A stretch of 63,695 nt of DNA, filler included, from Octopus bimaculoides (Eukaryota), in NCBI RefSeq assembly GCF_001194135.2. It is 7 parts of 6 records of this genome, joined end to end, with 100 filler letters (N's around TTAATTAATTAA, not from the genome) between each part and the next. Parts side by side here need not be neighbours in the genome. Positions count along the whole stretch, not along the records: positions 60,350 to 62,076 come from NW_026384480.1; positions 62,177 to 63,695 come from NW_026399547.1; 5 more parts are not named here. The stretch is one strand, 5' to 3'. A program made the translations under genes and the position numbers. Positions 60,701-63,695 of the stretch are shown here, in pieces. Each line of letters starts with the position of its first letter. Position 1 is the first letter of the stretch. The notes under the pieces were generated by a model that was given only the letters and a program-made list of their open reading frames with translations, ran no database searches and was not told the origin of the DNA.

Positions 60701-61534
60701 ACTTTTCTTAGCAATAGCCAGGGTGCCGGTTTTAATGTACCTCCGTTTTTTATCGTTTTCTATACCTATTTTGACTTTTTTATGTATACGCGCCTGTGTA
60801 TATGAGACTGTAATTGTAAAATATTTTAAATATATATATAATACATATATATATTTATAAACGTAGACATATGCATAGACATATATGTACGTGTATGTAT
60901 GTATATATAAATATAAATATGGGTTGTTTGCAGCAGTATTTGTTGGTAGTTTGGTTGTGTGTGTAAGCTCAAATATATTTTCTTTTCTTTTTAACCCCGG
61001 ACCTGTGTTTTTTTTTTTTCTTTTTCACATATAATTTATTTATTATATATTTTTTTTATTTTATTATTATTATTTTTTTTTTTAAACTTTACTCTCTGTC
61101 TTCCCCTGAAGCACTTTCGAATGTAAGGTTTTCCGTAACGCAAAGAACTAAAAAATCCCAGCGTTTTTCTCGTGTCGCAGCCTATTGGAACGTGATGTAG
61201 TTTTAAATGCAAGACACTTACAAGCCAAGCAAAAGCAGCCGTCGCACACACATACACACACACGGGGCGCTTCCAGCGCACTGTCTCTTTTCATCTCCCT
61301 CTCTTTTTCACTTCTTCTCTTTCTCTCTCTCACTCTCTCTCTTGCTCTATTTCAGACCCTCCTCCTCCTCCTCCTCCTCTCTCTCCTTCTTCCTTTTCTC
61401 CCTCCTCTCGTCTTCCACTCTCTTATATTTATTCCACCCCGCCTCGCTTCTTGTTTCTCGTTTCTTTCTCACACTCTTCCCAACCTCCAACTCCCTCTGT
61501 CTGCATAGCTCTCCCTCTGTCTGTCTCTTTATGG

Positions 61535-61569
<35 letters not shown>

Positions 61570-61760
61570 TTACACAGTCTCTTTCTCTCCCTCTCTCTCT
61601 GTGTCTCAGTCCCTTTCCTTTTTCTCTCTCTCTCACTATATCTCCATTTTGTTCTTTTCGCTTTGAATAGCGTCTCACAAGCTACAGCAAACAGTGCGAC
61701 TGACTTCTCTTGACACCTTCATTCAACTCCCTCTCTCTCTCTTTCTCTCAAACACACACA
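60701..61760 (-). promoter_or_regulatory. Presumptive 5' UTR / proximal promoter of Lhx1/5
   Basis: Directly upstream of the ATG. CpG-containing patches at ~61130-61285 with a CCAAT on the gene strand (ATTGG ~61183), and long GA/CT tracts. The TSS cannot be determined. Confidence 0.35.
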
Positions 61761-61989
61761 CACACACACATTCTCACACGCGTATGCACACACACTCACT
61801 AACTCGCTCACTCACACTTACACTCACTGACATACCCCACTAATTCGCTCATTTCAATCATTTTTCACTCACTCACTAAACAATCTAGCTTCATTAAATT
61901 CTCCATCACTTAACTTCTGTTCTCTCTTCATTGCTGTTACGTTTCAGCCTTCTCTTAAAATGTTCATTAACAAGAAAAAAAAACTTACT

Positions 61990-62025
<36 letters not shown>

Positions 62026-62039
62026 TACACACACACATT

Positions 62040-62076
<37 letters not shown>

Positions 62077-62189
62077 NNNNNNNNNNNNNNNNNNNNNNNN
62101 NNNNNNNNNNNNNNNNNNNNTTAATTAATTAANNNNNNNNNNNNNNNNNNNNNNNNNNNNNNNNNNNNNNNNNNNNGGTAAAAATATTA

Positions 62190-63124
62190 TGATGATGGTA
62201 GTGCTGATGATGATGATAATAATTATGATGATGATGATGATCACTATTATTGATGACTACTGCTGCTGATGGTAATGATTATTATAAAGATGATGCTGAA
62301 GATGATGATGATGATGATGGTGAGGAGGAGGATGAGGGTGGTAATAACGGTGACAGCAGCGTGTTGATTAACAATGCAAAGTGTAATAAAATACCAAATA
62401 ACAACTGTAATGGAGAAAGAATCCTGGTAGTTTTGATGATGATGATGATGACAATGATAATGACATTGATGAATATGATGATGACGATGATGATGATGAT
62501 GACGATGGCATTGCTGATGAGCCTGACTTAATAGTGATAACGATGATGACAACGATGGCTGGCGACAATCATGATGGTATTGGCGATGATGAGGATGAGC
62601 ATGACGATGATGACGAGGAGGAGGAAGAAGAGGATGACAAAGCTGATGATGGTGATGGTGATGATGATAAAGAGGAGGAGGATGACAATGACAACGATGG
62701 TGAAGCTGATATCAACGAAGATGAATACAAGGAAGATGATGATGATGGGGAGGAGGAAGAGGACAATGATGAAGCTGATGTCAATGAAGATGATAAGGAA
62801 GATGATGATGGTGGTGATGATGATGAGGAGGAGGACGACGACAACAATGATGAAGCTGATGTCAACAAAGATGAATATAAGGATGATGATGGTGATGATG
62901 ATGATAATAAGGAAGATGATGCTGATGGTGATGATGATGTTGCAAGTGTAAGTTATGGTAATTTTCAAAAACTATTTTGGAGATGATAGTGACACAATGA
63001 TATACTGATGATGATGACAACGACAACGATGATGATAAGATGATGATGATGATGATACTCTCTAGAATGCTCAGTTAGCATTTCAGAAAGCATCATTGAG
63101 CTGGTACCATTAACATGATGGTGG

Positions 63125-63160
<36 letters not shown>

Positions 63161-63695
63161 CGACAACGGTACTCTGATACTCTCTCTCTAAAACGCTCGG
63201 TTAGCATTTCAGAGAGTATCATTAAACCAACGTCATCAAAACGATGATGATTACCGTTATGATGATAATGATAATGATAATGGCTGTGGCGATAACGATG
63301 GTGCCAATCCTGTTCTGATAATGGCAGTAGTCAAACCATTTTGATGCTGTTGATGATAAAAACATTAGTCATAGTGAGCTGATAATTGCAGTAAAAGCTG
63401 TGGTGTTTGCTGGTGTTTCTTGCCGTTGTTGTTGTTGTTGTAGCGATGTTGGTTAATGGTGGACAATGCTGGTGATATAACAACAGCAGCAGCAGCAGCA
63501 ACAACAACAACAAATCATTTGTTCCAAGATAGAAAACACAAATGTTATTTTCACAGAACAAATATTTCATTTTCAGCATTTGTTTTGTTTAATTTATCAT
63601 CATCACCATCTTTATTATTATTATTATTATTATCATCATCATTGTTATTATCATCATCGTTATTATTATCATCATTATTATTATTATTATTATTA
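62190..63695. repeat. Degenerate (GAT)n/(GAC/GAG)n/(ATT)n trinucleotide low-complexity region
   Basis: Directly visible; it generates the D/E-, M-, S- and I-rich ORFs. Confidence 0.9.

Overview
AT-rich, microsatellite-dense eukaryotic genomic DNA. An octopus (coleoid cephalopod) origin is inferred from the effector-less tandem C2H2 arrays, the SINE families and the repeat landscape. The window is not one locus. Six identical artificial 100-bp linkers (N44-TTAATTAATTAA-N44) join seven pieces: 1-20758, 20859-35401, 35502-46763, 46864-54406, 54507-60249, 60350-62076 and 62177-63695. Adjacency across linkers is therefore not biological evidence. Piece 1 holds a C2H2 zinc-finger cluster: two recently duplicated, convergent, inverted paralogues (19 and 17 fingers) that share an in-frame TAG and a fossil finger tail, plus a third 11-finger gene. 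Three single coding exons that the ORF track missed or read in the wrong frame were found by hand: the last exon of an Aa_trans amino-acid transporter (43607-43782, minus), an FN3 exon resembling an Eph receptor (53720-53931, plus) and exon 1 of the LIM-homeobox gene Lhx1/5 (60531-60700, minus). The rest is transposon debris: mariner, piggyBac, maT-like, two hATs, three MITE families, RTE/RTEX, TAA-associated R4/Dong-like elements, a Penelope-like palindrome, LTRs and four SINE families. There is also a probable decayed C-type-lectin gene. All calls are by eye and from recalled family motifs; no database search was run.
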